63,904 nt of DNA from Lama glama (GCA_028534125.1 CM052832.1:8062097-8126000), one strand, 5' to 3'; positions 35,191 to 50,000 are shown, numbered from the stretch's first letter. Program-made: numbers and translations. The notes: a model not told the origin generated them from the letters alone.

Positions 35191-36629
35191 GTTGAGTGAA
35201 TGGCCCAAGGCCCCACATGGTGAGGGAAGCCTCCAGCCCTTCCACCTTGGGGCTGCCTGGAGGCCTGCCCAGCTGCCCCCAGGAATGAGTGTGCGAAGCG
35301 CTCCAGGGTCTGAAAGGATCACAGAAGGTACTGGTGTCCAAGAAAACTGAGAACATCAGAGGGCCCACCCAGGCGGTGAGCGTTAAACGCCACCTCGCTC
35401 ATCTCCCTGGAGCCCTCTGCCGATCATCACCCAGGCGAGGAGTCACTGCTCACTGTCCTGACTCCAAATCTGCTTAAGATCCCGCATTCTCAATCCTCCA
35501 GGTCTGAGCTCCCGACTCAGCGCCGGCAGGGAGGACTTGCACATACACTCCACCACAGTTACCCACAGAAATGTCTCCAGAGGGGGTGACAGAGCCCAGC
35601 CCCATCTCCAGGGCCAGGGTCCTGGGCAATCTGAGACAGACAGACAGATAAGGCTGGCTGTGGGAAGGACAGGCAGAGGCCAGAGCAGTAAGTGGAAACA
35701 AGGCGTGAATGGATAGGACTCCTTCTGTCCTGTGTGTGTACCATGTCTCCCCCCTCGGACTGGGAGTCAGTCATCCCTGGGGGTGGGGGCTGCAGCTCCC
35801 CTCTCCCTGTAGATTTAGGGACAGGTCAATTTCCAGAGCTGAGAGGAAATGAAGGTGTTGTCTAGACGGGGTTTGGTGTCTCCCCCTGGGCCTACACTTT
35901 TTAAGAAGCCTGGAGGCTGGGTCTAGGGTGCCCCTTATTTCTCTAATAGCCACTGGGCTTCGCTCACAAAAGCCTTTTTCTCGGGTGGCTGTGACAGTGG
36001 GGTGGCTGGACCCTGTCCTCTGACTCCAGCCTCTCAGTGGAAACAACGAGGTTGGGCTCCTGGTGGGTCTGTCTGTGGCCTGTTCTTCCCCAAACTGTCT
36101 GAGGAAGAGGCTCAGCTCCTGTGCCTCAGGAGCATCCAGTCTGATGGAGGAGTCACCCTCAAGGGGACACAGCCCCTTTCCTGGGGTTAGGCCCTAGTCG
36201 GCCGGGAGTGGGACAAGCCCCAACAGTGCCTACCTGGGGAGTGCAGCATGTTGGTGGCTCGCTTGGTGCTTGACAGTTGAAGGTTCTGGGGGGAGGGGCC
36301 AGAGGACCACTCCCCTCAGAACTCTCTAATTGCAGTGGGATTCTTCAGTCAGTGGCACATTTTTAACAGCTGCCTCCTTCCCACTTGTCCCCCACAGGCT
36401 GGGCTGTCAGTAACCGAGCCCCTCTTCATCTGCCCGGTCTCCGCCCACCAGTCCAAGGGCCATCTCCCTGCAGGGATGGGAGACTCAGCACCCCCACCTC
36501 AGAGGCCACCACCAGGCTGGCTGTCCACTCAGGACAAGTCTGAGTCCCTCTCCTTCAGTCCAAGTCTTCCCGGAAGGGACTGTCCCTGACACCCAACTGG
36601 ACTTTTTTTTTATCTTGAAAGCCTTGTTT

Positions 36630-36870
36630 CCAGAAGCCACTGACATGGCATTCTCCTGTGCGTCTGTGTCTTCACGTAGCCTTCTCTGTGTCTCTCTTCT
36701 TCTTGTAAAGACACCGGTCATATTGGGTTAGGGACCCGCCCATTTCCAGCATGGCCTCATCTTATCTAATTACTTCTGCAATGACCCAATTTCTAAATAA
36801 AGTCACATGTGGAGGTTCTGGGGGTTAGGACTTAACATATCTTTTTGGGGACACAATTCAACCCATGTCA
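36630..36870. mobile_element. MaLR LTR (MLT1-type) remnant
   Basis: aaagacaccggtcatattgggttaggg...ctaattacttctgcaatgaccc...gggggttaggacttaacatatctttttgggg...acaattcaaccc. Confidence 0.75.
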
Positions 36871-37428
36871 TTCTTCTTGGCATAATTAGGCCATTGGCAT
36901 GCCTCAGAGTGGGTGATGATGGTGTTTCTGGCTTAACTCAACAATCTCCGGGGAAGGCACCTGGTACCATGCAGGCCATCTGGGCCTAATTGTGGGTCCT
37001 TGAGTCATCACTCCTCTTTCCACGTCAGTTTTCTCAGATGAACAGTAAAAGGTTTGAATGAGACAAGATATCCTGCCTTTAAGCTCCCATAACATCCTAA
37101 GATTTTCTTCCACCCTGTCCTAGCTCCACTGTGTACAAGTTGCATTCGCTGGTTCTACAATTTCCTCAGGGCAGGGGGCGGAGGCAGAGGTGACAGAAAT
37201 GCAGGGAAGGGTGGCGGCAAGTTTGGCACTGTGAATATAGCAGGCCCGTCCTGCTGCTCTCTCCTCTTCTGGACGGAGAACTGAGGCTCTACTCAAGAAG
37301 TCTCTTGCCCAGGTCATGTAGGGACTCAGACCCCACAGGTCCTCCAGACCAACAGAAGGGTGGCTGGACCCCAGCCATGTGTCCAGGGCAGCAGCACAAA
37401 TCAGACACCTGCCTCTGAGCTTTTCATT

Positions 37429-37434
37429 TTTATT
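37429..37434 (-). terminator. TMEM63B: TMEM63B polyadenylation signal AATAAA
   Basis: AATAAA about 575 nt after the stop, preceded by a U-rich tract and followed by GU-rich sequence. Confidence 0.75.
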
Positions 37435-38008
37435 TTAAAGGAAAAAAAAAAAACAGTGCAAAAACCCATTTTCCAGTGTCAGCCATGCCCACCCCCTACC
37501 CCCAGGTCACCCCCCCGGCTCAGGGCCTGACTCTTCCTCCCGCTCAGCACCCCCTCCCCTCTCATGCAACCCCGTAGGGGCTGGAGGCTCCACTTCCCTG
37601 GAGTGCCAGATCCCAGGGGGAGTTGGGGGAGAGATAAGAGCTGGGGAGGCAGCCCCTGATCCACCTGCCCCCCCAGGTCTCCAGCCATGGCACCAGGTAC
37701 CCCGCTTGGCTCTCATGAACCCTTTCCTGACCACGATACCAGCCTAGGGGGGCATTGATCTGGGGGAACCCTGTCCACACCCCTCTTTGCCCCGGGGCCG
37801 GCTCGGGGCTCTCCTCACTGAGGTTGGGGGTTCCCTCCCTCCCTCTGTGGTGGGGGAGAGCGGTGAAATCCCCAGGTTTAAATACCTTAATGAAAGCAGG
37901 GGAAGGGGGGAGGAAAGGGCTTTAGATCTAATAAATTATTAGCGTTTTAGTGTCCGTGGTGGGGCGAGGGGGTGGGGGCAGGGTGTGGCCTCCAGGGCCC
38001 CCCTCCCC

Positions 38009-41000
38009 TTACTGGTGAATCTCATTCTCTATGAGGCTGTCCTCACAAGACTGGAAGTCTGTGTCCGTGAGGCCGTCGGGCGGCATCAGCAGCTCCTCAT
38101 CTTGGGATGAGGACGACGGGGGCTCGTCCCCTGAGCTCCCAGGACCCCCATCCCCATCCACTTCTGAGTCCTGCAGCACCTGAGCGATGTATTTCTGAAA
38201 GGGGAAGGTTGCGGGGGTGAGTGTGTACAGCTGCCCCTCGTGGGGAGGGGGTGATGCGGAATCTCAGGGCCTGCGGGGGGAGGGGCAGTGGTCCTCCTCC
38301 CAGGAAGAGGTGGTGCAGCTCCCACCCGGTGAAGCCAGACATCTCCCTGCCCCTGCTCCCCACCACTCCGGTGTCTGGAAAAGGCTTCCCTTTCTGGACA
38401 ACTAATGGGACACCCAGCTTTGGGGCTGAATCTCCACCAGAGGCCCTTCCCCACCCTTGGCCACGGAGCGGGGCACTCACCGCAGATTTGGGAACAGCGG
38501 CAGCACTGGGGGGCCGTCCATTGCTTCTGGGATCCACGGTGTCTGTCTCCGTGTGCTCAATCTTGAGAGGCCCAGGATGAGTCGGAGTGAGGGGGACGCC
38601 CTTGCCCTCAGCCGCAACCCTGACCCCATGCCCTCTTGTCATCCCTGCTGCCCCTGCCCTCAGCTCCCAGCCCTCCCCCTGCCCCCCTCGCCCCACACCT
38701 TGTAGTTGTGGGCACTGAGGTATTTGAAGTGTCCGAAGCAGACGTGGCAGAGACAGATGACGATGGTGATGACCAGGACCACGAATGTGAACATGGACGT
38801 AGGGGCTAGAAACCCTGGTGTGTGGGGGGGAAGGCAGAAAATGGGCTGTTTCCTCTCCTCTGGGCTCCTCCCGGGGCTTCTGCTCCCTTCTGAGAGCAGT
38901 CCTACACTCCCATAGCTGTGGCTTCTCCCAGGCCCCTGGCCTGTGACCCCCGCTCCCCCTCCTGTGGCCTGCTCTGCCTGAGTCTGGCAGGACTCTCCTC
39001 TGCCCATCCCACCCCCGGTCCCAAGGGTGGCGGGTGGCCCTCACCTGTGCGCATGGTGGAGAAGAAGAGCAGCCAGAAGAGGCAGAGGATGGGCGCGGCC
39101 ACCACCTGGTTCACGGCCCCCGAGTGGATCTTCTTGTCCAGCTTGGCCGGCAGGTAGGCGTAGTAGAGATTGTACCTGTCTACCAGGTGCTTCAGCAGCA
39201 TGTACATGAGCCCTGGGGGAAGCCACACGGGCCCTGACCTCGGCACCAGCACTGCTGGACCTTTTTGGTCCATCACGGTTGTCCTGGGCCTTCTGAGGTC
39301 ACCGAAGGGCTGGCTCCCCTTCTTCTGCCCAGTCCCAGTGCAGGACAGAGCCCCAAGCTCCCTGCAGGGCCACAGAACCTCGGCTTCCTCTGCTTCGACC
39401 CTTTCCCTCTGAAGCCCCTCACTAGGAATTTTATTAGAAAGCCTTTTGTTTGGGTCAACAAACATCCTCGTAAAACCCATATCATTTTTTCTATCCCTGT
39501 CCCTGAACAGATGAGTATTAATTAGCTGGTAAGTTCTATTTTCCTGGAGGCTGAGGGAATGGGAAATTTAAAATGAAGACAAGGTGGTTAGTTTGGGAGT
39601 TTTCTGCCTTTGATAACCAGGGAGGGCAGTGAAGGGGTTAGGATGTTAGTGGGGGGAAAGGAGAGGCCACTAGTAGGGGTAATAATGAGGCTGAAGAGAA
39701 ACGTTGCTAAATTTGCTCAGAAGGAAGAGGGACTTGCCCAAGTCACATGGTTTAGCTACAGTGGGGTATTTCCATGAAATCCCACCCCAGAATCCAAATT
39801 CCTGAGTTTACAGAGCTGTGTACATGTGTGCCCATGGATCCTGTGTAGGAGTGTGTGTGTGTGTGTGTGTGTGCATGTGTGTGTGTGTGTGTACACACCT
39901 CAGTGGGTATGTGACGTGTCCAAGCACATCCACTTGAGTGAAGGCACTGGTGAGTGAGTGTGGCCGTGTTGGGGAGACTTGGCCCAAGGGCCCAGTACAC
40001 CAGCTGGGTCCAGCCTGAGCTGACATGGCTTTTCCCCTCCTCCCCCCAGGCCAGGCCCCAGACTGAGCCAGGGACCTGGCGGGAGGCCCGAGGGGCGGGT
40101 CTCCCAGCCGGGGCCCTGTCCACTCAGATGGCCTGCCTTGCTAGAGTGGAGCGGGAGAGATCCTGGGTCCCCCCGAGCAGGGCCCAGGTCCCGGCGCGGC
40201 GGTGCCTACCGAAGGGCACGATGATGGGGCAGGTGATACTGTAGGTCATGACCACCGTGAAGACGCACATCATCCAGGCGTAGGCTGCGCCAAACTGGAA
40301 CTCGTAGGCCTGATGCTGGGGGGGAGATGGGCAGGAGGGTGGCTCAGGGAGGGGAGTGGGGGAGGGCTGGGCTGGAGGGGTTCAGGGCAGGTGGGAGGAG
40401 GGAGGAGGGAGGAGGGAGGGGGACAGGAACCCTGGGGCCAGGAAAGAAGCCATGGGGGAAAGGAACCCAGTGTCCAGGGTAGGGCAGGGCAGGGCAAAGC
40501 CGATGGAGAGAGGAGCTATGGCTGAGACAGAGGTCAGGGTGGGTACAGTGACAGGGTGTGGGGAGGGGCCTTCGAGGGATCAGGGGTTGGCAGGTGGGTG
40601 GGCTTGGGAATGGGATGCCCAGAGCCCTCTTGTGGGTTAGGGCAGAGGGACCCTAGGTCTAGACACAGACCTCCCCCAACACCTATTACAGAACACTAGA
40701 CTGTCAGAACTGGCTAGGGCCTTCAGGGTTAGCTATGTCAACACATCGCTGTACACGTGGGAAAACTGAGGCCCCAGATGGGAAGGGGATAACCCAGGGC
40801 CATGGAACTCGGCTCTGGGATTCCCAGCACCCTTGTGCCCCAACACTCGAGCACGGCTGCCGCTGTTTCTGGTTGGGCCCACCAGGGGGCGCTGTGCGGG
40901 CCGTACCCGCTTCACGTTGCGCCTCTCGGCGGCGGAGCGAGCCAGGCAGAGCCGGATCATATACATGAGCAGGCCCGGGATGCGCAGCAGGTCCATGGCG

Positions 41001-44000
41001 TTGCCGATAAAGGCCGAGGCAATGACGTAGTTCACGAAGAAGGCGCCGTTGTCTGGCAGGAACACGCACCTGCGGGCACCAGGCGCTCCAGCTCTGCACC
41101 CTTGGGGGACCCAGTGGCCGCGTGCCCACTGCCAGCATGCCTGTGCCCTCAAGGTGTCTTCTTCCACCTCAGTGGACCCTCCAGCTGAGCCCTCAAAGTA
41201 CCCGTTTCCCAGTCCCCTGGGGTATGAACACTAAAGGCAGATGCCAGAGTGTCCACAGATGTCGCCAAAGTAACCCCAGACACCCTCAGTGTGAGTGTGA
41301 GTGTGAGCGAGCCCAGAGGCTTGAGCCCCATAAAGACTCACGGAGACAGTGCTCAAGACCCCTGAGGCCACCAGTTTTCAGGCTATGACTGCCTGAGATC
41401 TCCACAGCCAAACGCTCATGAGACCCCAGAGACCTGCCAAGGTGCGAGCCCCAGGAAAACTCAGAAGGCTCCCTGCCTTAGACCTTAACTTCACCCAGAA
41501 TTACTCCTAGAGTCTGTAGCCTCGGACAGAGATCTCCAGAGAGGGAACCCAGGGACCTTTGTCAGTACCCATGACACCCCAAGTATGAGCCCAAGATTAC
41601 CACAGAGGGCCTACAGCAAGTCCCCCAGAGCATGCACCCCTATATAGAGACTTAGTATGTGTCCCCCTAGACCCCCTGACAGGGATTCCCAGGGGAGGGG
41701 CCCCATGGAGAACTCCACAGGCACATGCTGAGTAACAGCCCAAGACTTCAGACGTGTTCCCAGAACCCGTGCTCCGAAGTGTGATCCCAAGAGCCTTCCA
41801 TAGATACGCAAAGGTGTGGGCTCCACAGACCTTCAGGGGTACCTCTAAGAACCCCCATGTCCCTCCCACAGTCCCACCGAGATCCCACTGCAGACCCCCC
41901 TCAACCTCGCAGTGAAGCTCCAGATTCCCATGGTTAGTCTCAGGATACAAGCCCCAGAGGCTGCCATAGAAACCCTCAGAGCAAGGGCCTCAAGGCCCCG
42001 AACACACCTCAGGGGTGACCTCAGAATCCAGAGACCCCTAGACAGCAACCATTGGGACGACCCTGCCCAGCTGTGATATAAGCCCCCTTCTCTTCTCTGC
42101 CGCAGGAGCGGGAGCTTTACTGCACCCTCCTGTGGGGGAATACCCACCCCCATCATCTGGCCTCCTTCCCTGGGGACCCTCGTTACTCACTCAAACCGAA
42201 TAGCTGCCTCAGCCAAGAACTTCTTGTCAAAGAGCCAGCGGAAGAAGAGGTCCAGGCTGGAGAGGAGAGGACAGGAGAGGAGAGGTAGGGGTGGCTGGAA
42301 TGGCCCAGGACAGCAGGGGAGGGGCGAGTTCCATCCACGAGCTCTGGGGATGCTCCCCAGACATTGGGCTCCCGACTCTGTAGAGGAGGTGGGAGCCTGG
42401 ATTGCTCCCCCGCCCCCTCCTGCAGCCCCCCACTCCAGTCCCCACCCCTTCCTCCGAAGCCCACCTGCTCAGTCCCAGCGAGGGCAGGAGCAGCACCATG
42501 AAGATGAGGAAGGTGTAGCACTTGTGCATGGTTGTCCTGTTCTCTCCGGAGCTGGGGCGGGGGCACGGGGGCACAGGTCAGGTGAGCCAGCCCCCGTGCC
42601 TTCTCCCCCAGCTAGTGTGGTGTCCTGGGGGGCTCCCTGGGAAGGAGGGGGGCTTCCCGAGGTGAGGGTGCTGGTCACCATCCCTCCCCTGCCAGCTCTG
42701 GGACTGCCCAGGCAAGGAGCCTGAGAGCGGAGGGCCACAGGGAGGTGCTGTGTGAGGGGTGCCTCACCGTGTCCAGTGGGCTTCAAAGAAGGCAGAGTAG
42801 TAGACGATGGTGGGGAGCAGGGCTGAGAAGCACCACAGCAGCAGGGTGGGGAAGAACTGGGTGATGATGGGGTTCTGCAGAGAGCATGGGGTGCGTCAGG
42901 TGGGGGCAGTCTAGTGAGCCTCATTTGCTTTGCTCACCTGCCCCTCCTCTACTGAGCCCTGGGTCCCCCAGCTCTCAGGGCCGCATGTCAGAAGTCCAGA
43001 ACATCTAGAGGGCAAGGGGTGAGGGGGATGGCCAGGGCCATATGTGCAATCCCATGGTGAGCAATATTAGTAGTTAGCATTTCTGAACACCTGCTATGTG
43101 CCTAGCACCGATCATGTGCTTTTCATGTATTAATCCCTACAACAATGTTATTACCCCATTTTACAGATGAGAGGCAAAATAAGATGCAGTAAATTATCCA
43201 GCTAGTAAGCAGTTGGTTGGGGATCGGAACCCAGGCACCCTGGGTCTCATCTACTATGCTCTTATCACTCAGTGATTTTCAAAGCGCCTTCCTGTCAACT
43301 TTTGAGGCTCCAGGGAGGTTTGCTCTGTGTGTGGCAGGAGGGCTGTGTGTTCTCACTAGGGGACACCAGCAGAAGTGGTCCCTCACTACTGCCATCTGAG
43401 CAATCTTGCTTTTCCTCATTGGGTTTCATGAAAGATTCCTTTTGGTAAAGGCATTAGAGTCCAAGTTTGGAAGCCAATGATCTGGTCTGAACCTTTCATT
43501 CTTCAGTTGGAGAGACCAAGGGATTGGAGAAGGGCTAGCCTGAGGTCACAGGGTCAGTTAGGAGTGGACATAGGCTCTCTCTCTTCCCCAGGAGCCCCTC
43601 TAGGTATGTACAAACTCAAGGGAGGCCTCTCCTGGGGGGGGGTGGCAGGGAGCCTGCGGGAAGTGCACAGAGAGGTTGGCAGCCCATGGCCGTGTGGGAC
43701 CTTCTTAGTGGGGCCGGGCTGGAAAAGCAAAACAGGAGCGAGACTGGGCAGGACGGCATCTGGCTTCCCCCGAGGAGGGATTTGGGGCCTGCTATCTGCA
43801 TCTTGGGACACAGCATGGAGGGGTTGGGCATGGGCCTTACGTTGAGGTACTCCACGGGCTTGGTGACGTTAAACTTGTCCATGGTGGTGATGATGATGGC
43901 CGGGGTGGTGAGAAAGAAGAGAAGGATGAAGAGGACAACATTGATGACCAAGCAGCGCAACCACCAGATGAAGCCGCGGATGGAGAGGTGCTCCCTGGGA

Positions 44001-47000
44001 AGGTGGGGAGGCATCACTCCAGGGCCGCATGCCTGATCTGCCCCCAGGGACACCTAGGGACTCCCTCTCCTCCCCACTCCTCCCCCACTGGCGCCCACCT
44101 CGGCCCCACGATACTGCCCTGTTCTCCCCCTTTGCTCACCAGTAGATGTTCTGGGGGTCAGGGGCATAGGACACAGTCCAGTTGGAGATGTGCAGGGACT
44201 CGCTGCAGGAGGAGGCGCGGGGCTCCCCGCGGCAGGCACAGCCCTGGCACTTACACACGTTGAAGTCCTTCAGGATGCTGGGGGAGGGGGACACGGTTAC
44301 CAGGGCCTGGAGCCCCAGCTGGTCCCTGGGGGCTGCGGTGGGCAGGCAGGGCTTACATGGCAGTGATAGTCTCATTGTGGAAGGTGACGAAGGCCATGCC
44401 CAGAGGCTTCTCGTTCACTTTCTCCTTCTCCCGCTTGTAGTCCTCCTTCAGCTTCTGCTCCAGCTTCGTGTAGTACTCGATGGCCTCCACCTGCCAGGGC
44501 GGGCGAGGTGTGGCCCTGGTCAGAGCCACCAGTCCCCGCAGCACCACCCCAGAGCCCCCTGCAGCCTAGGCACTGCTTTGAGCTCTGTGTGTTCACTCGC
44601 TTATCCCTACAATCACCCTGGGATGTAGGTACAAGCCGCCCCATCTTACAGACGAGGAAACAGGACAGAGCAGTCCAGAAACTTGCCTACAGCCACGGAG
44701 CTAGTAAATACAGTGTAAGCTATCCTCTTGGCTGATTTTTCCTTTTTTATTTTTGAAGTATAGTTGGTTTACAATGTTGTATTAGCTCCTAGTGTACAAC
44801 ATAGCAATATATATATATATATTCTTTTTCAGATTCTTTTTCATTATAGGTTATTGCAAGATATTGAATGTAGTTCCCTGTGGCATATAGTAAGACCTCG
44901 TTGTTTATCTATTTTATATATAGTAGTATGTACCTATTAATCCCAAACTTCTAATTTATCCTCTTCCCCTCTTCCTCTTTGGTAACCATAGGTTTGTTTT
45001 CTATATGGCTGACTGTTTCTGATTTGGGGTTTGAAAACCTGGTTGGTCACTGTAGGGACAGGGGAGAAGCCCAACAGTGGGACTAGGGCTTCAAGGATGT
45101 AGGAACAGATGGGGACCTGCTGAGGGAGGGGCTGCCCCCCGCTTGCAGCCCCTGCCCCACCCTGGCTGCCTCTGGGCGTCTCTTCACCTTGGGGTATTTA
45201 TGTGCAAGGACTACTTGTGTGTGTGTGTGTGTGTGTCTATTCCTGGGTGCTGGGACAGGCCCCACTATGGGGTGCATCCATCTCTGCTGTGACCGATCTC
45301 CCAGGACCTTCCACCCCCCACCCCCCCGCCCCTATTCGGAATCTGGGGGCCCTGAGGTCTGAGCTGAGGCTGGGCTGCCCCACAGCCAACCCATCCCCTA
45401 CCTGCTCGCAGCCTCGCACCACACAGCAGCAGAGGTGGCCGCAGGGCTTGGGGTTGATCATGGTGGGGACGTTGTCCTTGCTCTGGAGGTTGGTGAAGTA
45501 GAGCTTTCCCCGCTCAGCCTTCTTCCTGTGGGACCCAGGTTCTAAGTCACCCACTGCCCAGCTGGATCTGGCCGGAGGATGGGCAGGTAGCCCAGCTCGG
45601 GAGTCCTAGAGTCCATATCCCAAGGACAGGGGCCGTCTTGCTCTTGCATTTGTTTAGGATGCATGGCTCAGACATGTCCCCAGCCCAAGATCTCCTCACC
45701 ATCCCTTGAGGGCCAGAAGTTCTTCCTATAATCTGGCCTAAAGTTTTCACACTGTAGCTCAGAAAGGGTATGTCCTCAAAAGGGGTGGGGACAGTAGGCC
45801 CCTTTCCTCTCACAACAAACTCTAATGTCTACGCCCAGCTCTTTCCAGAGCTGAACTGACAGGCACTCCAATCAAATGCCGTGGGAAACACTTGGAAGGG
45901 AGCCAGGCTTCTGAGTGGCAGCCAAGACACTCTCCATAATGGGTAGGGGGCCCTCGGGTGTTGTCCCCCACCCAAGCCCCATTACCTCTCTGCATCAAGG
46001 AACATAAGGCGAGCCACGTTGTAACATGGGCGGGCTTCAAGAACTGTGCAGTTGGGGTAGGCCTCCCTGAAACACAGTCCAACATCATCTTCTGCAGGGA
46101 CACTGCCCCCCTGCCCCAGACGTTCCTCCATGACCCCATCGCCTTCAAGACACACAGCCCCAATTCAAGCTCCCTCTTTCTTAGTTTGCAAAAACGATAG
46201 TTCTCTAAGAAAAAACTTCGAAATTCCTCCTCATGCTTGTCTGCATAGGGAGAGTGTGTGCATGGAGGTGAGGGTGCTGACCTTGGACCTGAGTGCATAT
46301 ACCTACAGGGTGTTGAGGAAGATTCTCAGCTGGTGAACATTAAGTTGAGAGAAACTGTTTCTAGTCACGGGTTGTTCTCTTAACCCTGTTCCCAGAAGAC
46401 CTGGTTACAGTCCAACACTTAGCCTTGACCATCAACTGACCCCAACCCAGACCCAAGACTGACTCTCTAACCCTGACCAGAGATTGACCCCAGCTTGAGA
46501 CGACCAGATAGACTCTTGGCTCCTGGTACCTGGAAGGGCTCGAGGGATGCTTGCAGAATGTGTGGAGGAGCACTTCCTTTTTCATCCTGATCACACATTG
46601 CTCCCTGATCCTAATGCCTAATTTAGACTGAGACTCCATATTTTTTTTTTAATGGAAGAAACATCAAAGGTTAAAGATGTATGAAATGTGGTTCTAAAGT
46701 AACAAGATGGATCACACAAACCCATGAGAATTTGGAAACTTAATCTGGGTTGGGGTCCTTGAAAAGTACCTTCCAGGAGGCTCTAGGCTTTTCTCCTGGC
46801 ACTGTTGTTGCTCAAACCATTTTAGGGTTCCTCTGTGGAAGGGCCTTCCCTTCCCCTCTGTGGCTGGCTGAGCTCTCATTTTCACCTGATTAATCTCTAA
46901 TCCCCTAATCCCCACCACACAGGTTCTCTGATTCTGCACACAGGACAGCCCCTGATTCTGTTGGGTTAGTCCTCCAATCCAGACAGACCCCAGACCTGGA

Positions 47001-50000
47001 CCCCAGAGCCCCTAGCCCAGGGGCTCCACAAGGACTGCCTCTCGCATCACATACTCAAGCCTGGGCAAACAGCCCGCACACAGTAGGTGCTCAGTAAACA
47101 CCTACTGTGCTGTGCTGAGCTGAATGGATGGGTCAATGAAATGGCTGTTTCATGATGCCCACCCCACTGATCCTAAAAACTTCAGCTAGGACTGTGGCCT
47201 CCCAGCCCCTGCTTAGAGGCTGACTGCTAATTTTAATCACAGACAGTTTCCTGGACAAACCCACAGACTGACCCCTGAAGCAGTCAACTTGGCCCATGAG
47301 CTCCCCTGGGTGCTGATCGGGTCTGGCTCTTCCCTGTCTCCCTGGGATGAAGCACGTAGTCGGTGTATGACAAATGTGTGCTGAATCAAGGTGTGCTCAA
47401 TGTGCCCAGGGCTCCGCTCCAGTGTCACCCTGTCTGTGCCCCGCTGCCCACCCCCTGGGAAACAGAAACCTTTCCTGACCCCTCTCACTCTGTCCCTCTC
47501 CCTGCTTTGGTTTTCTTCTTAGCACCTACCCCTACTTAACAGTGTCTATTACTAGTCCATTTCTTTATCGTCTGCCTCGTCCCACTAGAATGTAAGCAGA
47601 TGAGGGCAGGGGCTTTTTGTTCCTGCTGCATCTCCAAGCTCCTGCTCTAGTGCAGGCACACAGCAGGTACTCAAAAGATAACTGTTATGAGAGGACTTAG
47701 TGCCAGCTGACAGCTGATTCCACTTAGACGGTAACATTAAGATGTCACCTAATTCTGAGCACACACTGTCCTTAATCCTGACCCAGACTGCCCCCTAATG
47801 CGGAGCACAGCTTGAACCCCAGATGAGACCCCAAATCATTCTCTCATACTGACCAACGATTAATGGTCTAATTTTGGCTGCTGTTCTATGAACTGTATGA
47901 GGGCAGGGACCATTTCTAATCTATTTATGCCTGGTACACAGAAGGCGACCAATAAATGCATCTTGCATGAAAGAGTATTCACCCACCAAGGCTGCTCACA
48001 AAGTGGTCAATCTCCTGTAACACGGGGACCTGGAATCTGACCTGACTGGGCACTGACTCCCATCCCGTCTTGATCCAGGGCCATGACTGACCTCTGATCC
48101 AGGCCAACTGACCTCACTAAGTCCTGATCCTGACTAGAGACGGAGCCCTGATCCAGACCACCAATGTCCCTTATCAGGACTGCTGGCCAGCTCCTAATTC
48201 TCACCCTAGACCAATCTCTGAGCAGACCCTGGACTGGCCCCTACAGCTGACCTCCACACTGCGAACCTCCCAAGAGCGCAGTGGTCTTCTACTCATTTTT
48301 ACAGTCCCCAGGCTCTCCCCGGTGACTGAAGCTCGGCAGCATCTGAGAAAGTTGCTGAGTGGACAGATGAATGCACGATGGGACCCCCAATCCTGTACAC
48401 AGGCTGTTCCAGCCACCTGGAGGTGTGTACACCCCTCCTCCCCAACACAGACCTCCAGCTGAAAAGAGCCTCAGAAGAGATGCGGCCCAGGTTCTCTGGG
48501 GCCCCTTGAGGGCCCAATGAAACTCGAGGCACTTGGCTCTGCTAGTCTGCACCCAGACTGCAGAGTGCCACATGCAATTCTGAGACAGCCACACACCTCG
48601 AGGGCCCATGGAGCTTGGGTGGACAATCCATGACCCAGTTCAAGCCAGGAGTAGAGGCCCAGAGGACTCCCTTAAATATTTCTCATATTTCTCCTGTTCT
48701 TGGAGGGGCCTATCATCCAAGTGCTAGATCGCCTTGGACTCAGAGAATTCTTCCTTAGCCTAACCCCCAGCCCCTACTGCAACCCCAGACCCCTGAGGGA
48801 GGGGTGTATGAGGATGCTCTCAGAGTTGGAAGGCAAAGAGGGTCCATGGGTCCTGCGGCAAGGGAGGGGCAGGGAACTACTCACTCAAAATGCTTCTTGA
48901 TCTTCTCTGACTCTGCATATTTGGAGATTCCGTTGATGAAGAGAGTCCGCTTCACCTGGGGAGAAAGGGGGCCAGTTTGCCTTCCTGAGGCTTGGCTCCC
49001 GGAGAATGCAGGGAGGGTGGGGGATAAGGGGACTGGAGAGGAGCAGACAGGAGTGGAAGGAGGCCTTGGGATAAAATCAGGCAGTGAGCAGGATGAAAGC
49101 CCCCTGGCCCCTTGCTCCCTGAGGGGTTATGTGGTCGGGTGGTTGGGGGAGGGACTACTCTCAGTGGCTGGCATGCACTCACAGAACATCAGCCACAGCT
49201 GTTTCCTGCCAGATGCCTTCCACGCATGGCCTCTCCTTATCTCCCCACCCACCTCGGGAGAGGTACTGTGGTTTTCTCATCCCACAGATGAGGAAACCCA
49301 GGCTGGGGGAGGTAACTTAACTGGCAGGATGGGTGCTCCTGAGATGCTGAGCCAGGATTCAAATGCACTGGCCTCACCCTGGGGCTGACCCCCCTTAGCA
49401 CTCCAGCAGGAGGCCCATAGGGAAGGGGCGGCACTGGGCTCGGGGGCAGGGCCGGGCTCTGCTCCACTCACCAGATCGTCCTCCTTGTAGCGCATCTTGG
49501 AGGTGTGTCTGCGCATGCTGTAGACAGTAAGCAGCAGGTACAGGAAGGCGAAGGAGGTGTGCAGCCATAGCAGGTTGTTCCTGGGGGGTGGGGGCAGAGG
49601 GGTGAATAGAGCCACCAGGGATGGGAAAACTCTCAGACACCCTAGTGTTAATTAAACCCTGGTATAGGGCCTCTCTAGTGTCACCAGTCTTCTGATCCCC
49701 TCCCAGGGTGGGCCCCACACCCCACATCCTCTAGACCCCAAGACTGTTCCATCCCAGCTGAACTGTCCCTCAGAGATCATCTCTTCATGCCCTGGCCTCT
49801 GGCTACACTGCCCTCCGACTGCCACCAGCCAGCCCTCCTCGGCCCAAGGCTGCACACCCCTCTTCTCTGAGTGGCCATCTCTGGGATCCGTTCCTTCTGT
49901 CTCCATCCCAAGCCCTCAGGGCCCCACAGCCATCTCTGCAGCCTCAGCACCTCTCCCCCAAGCACTCCTCCTTTCCTCCCCTCCCCATTCCAGCCTGGAC

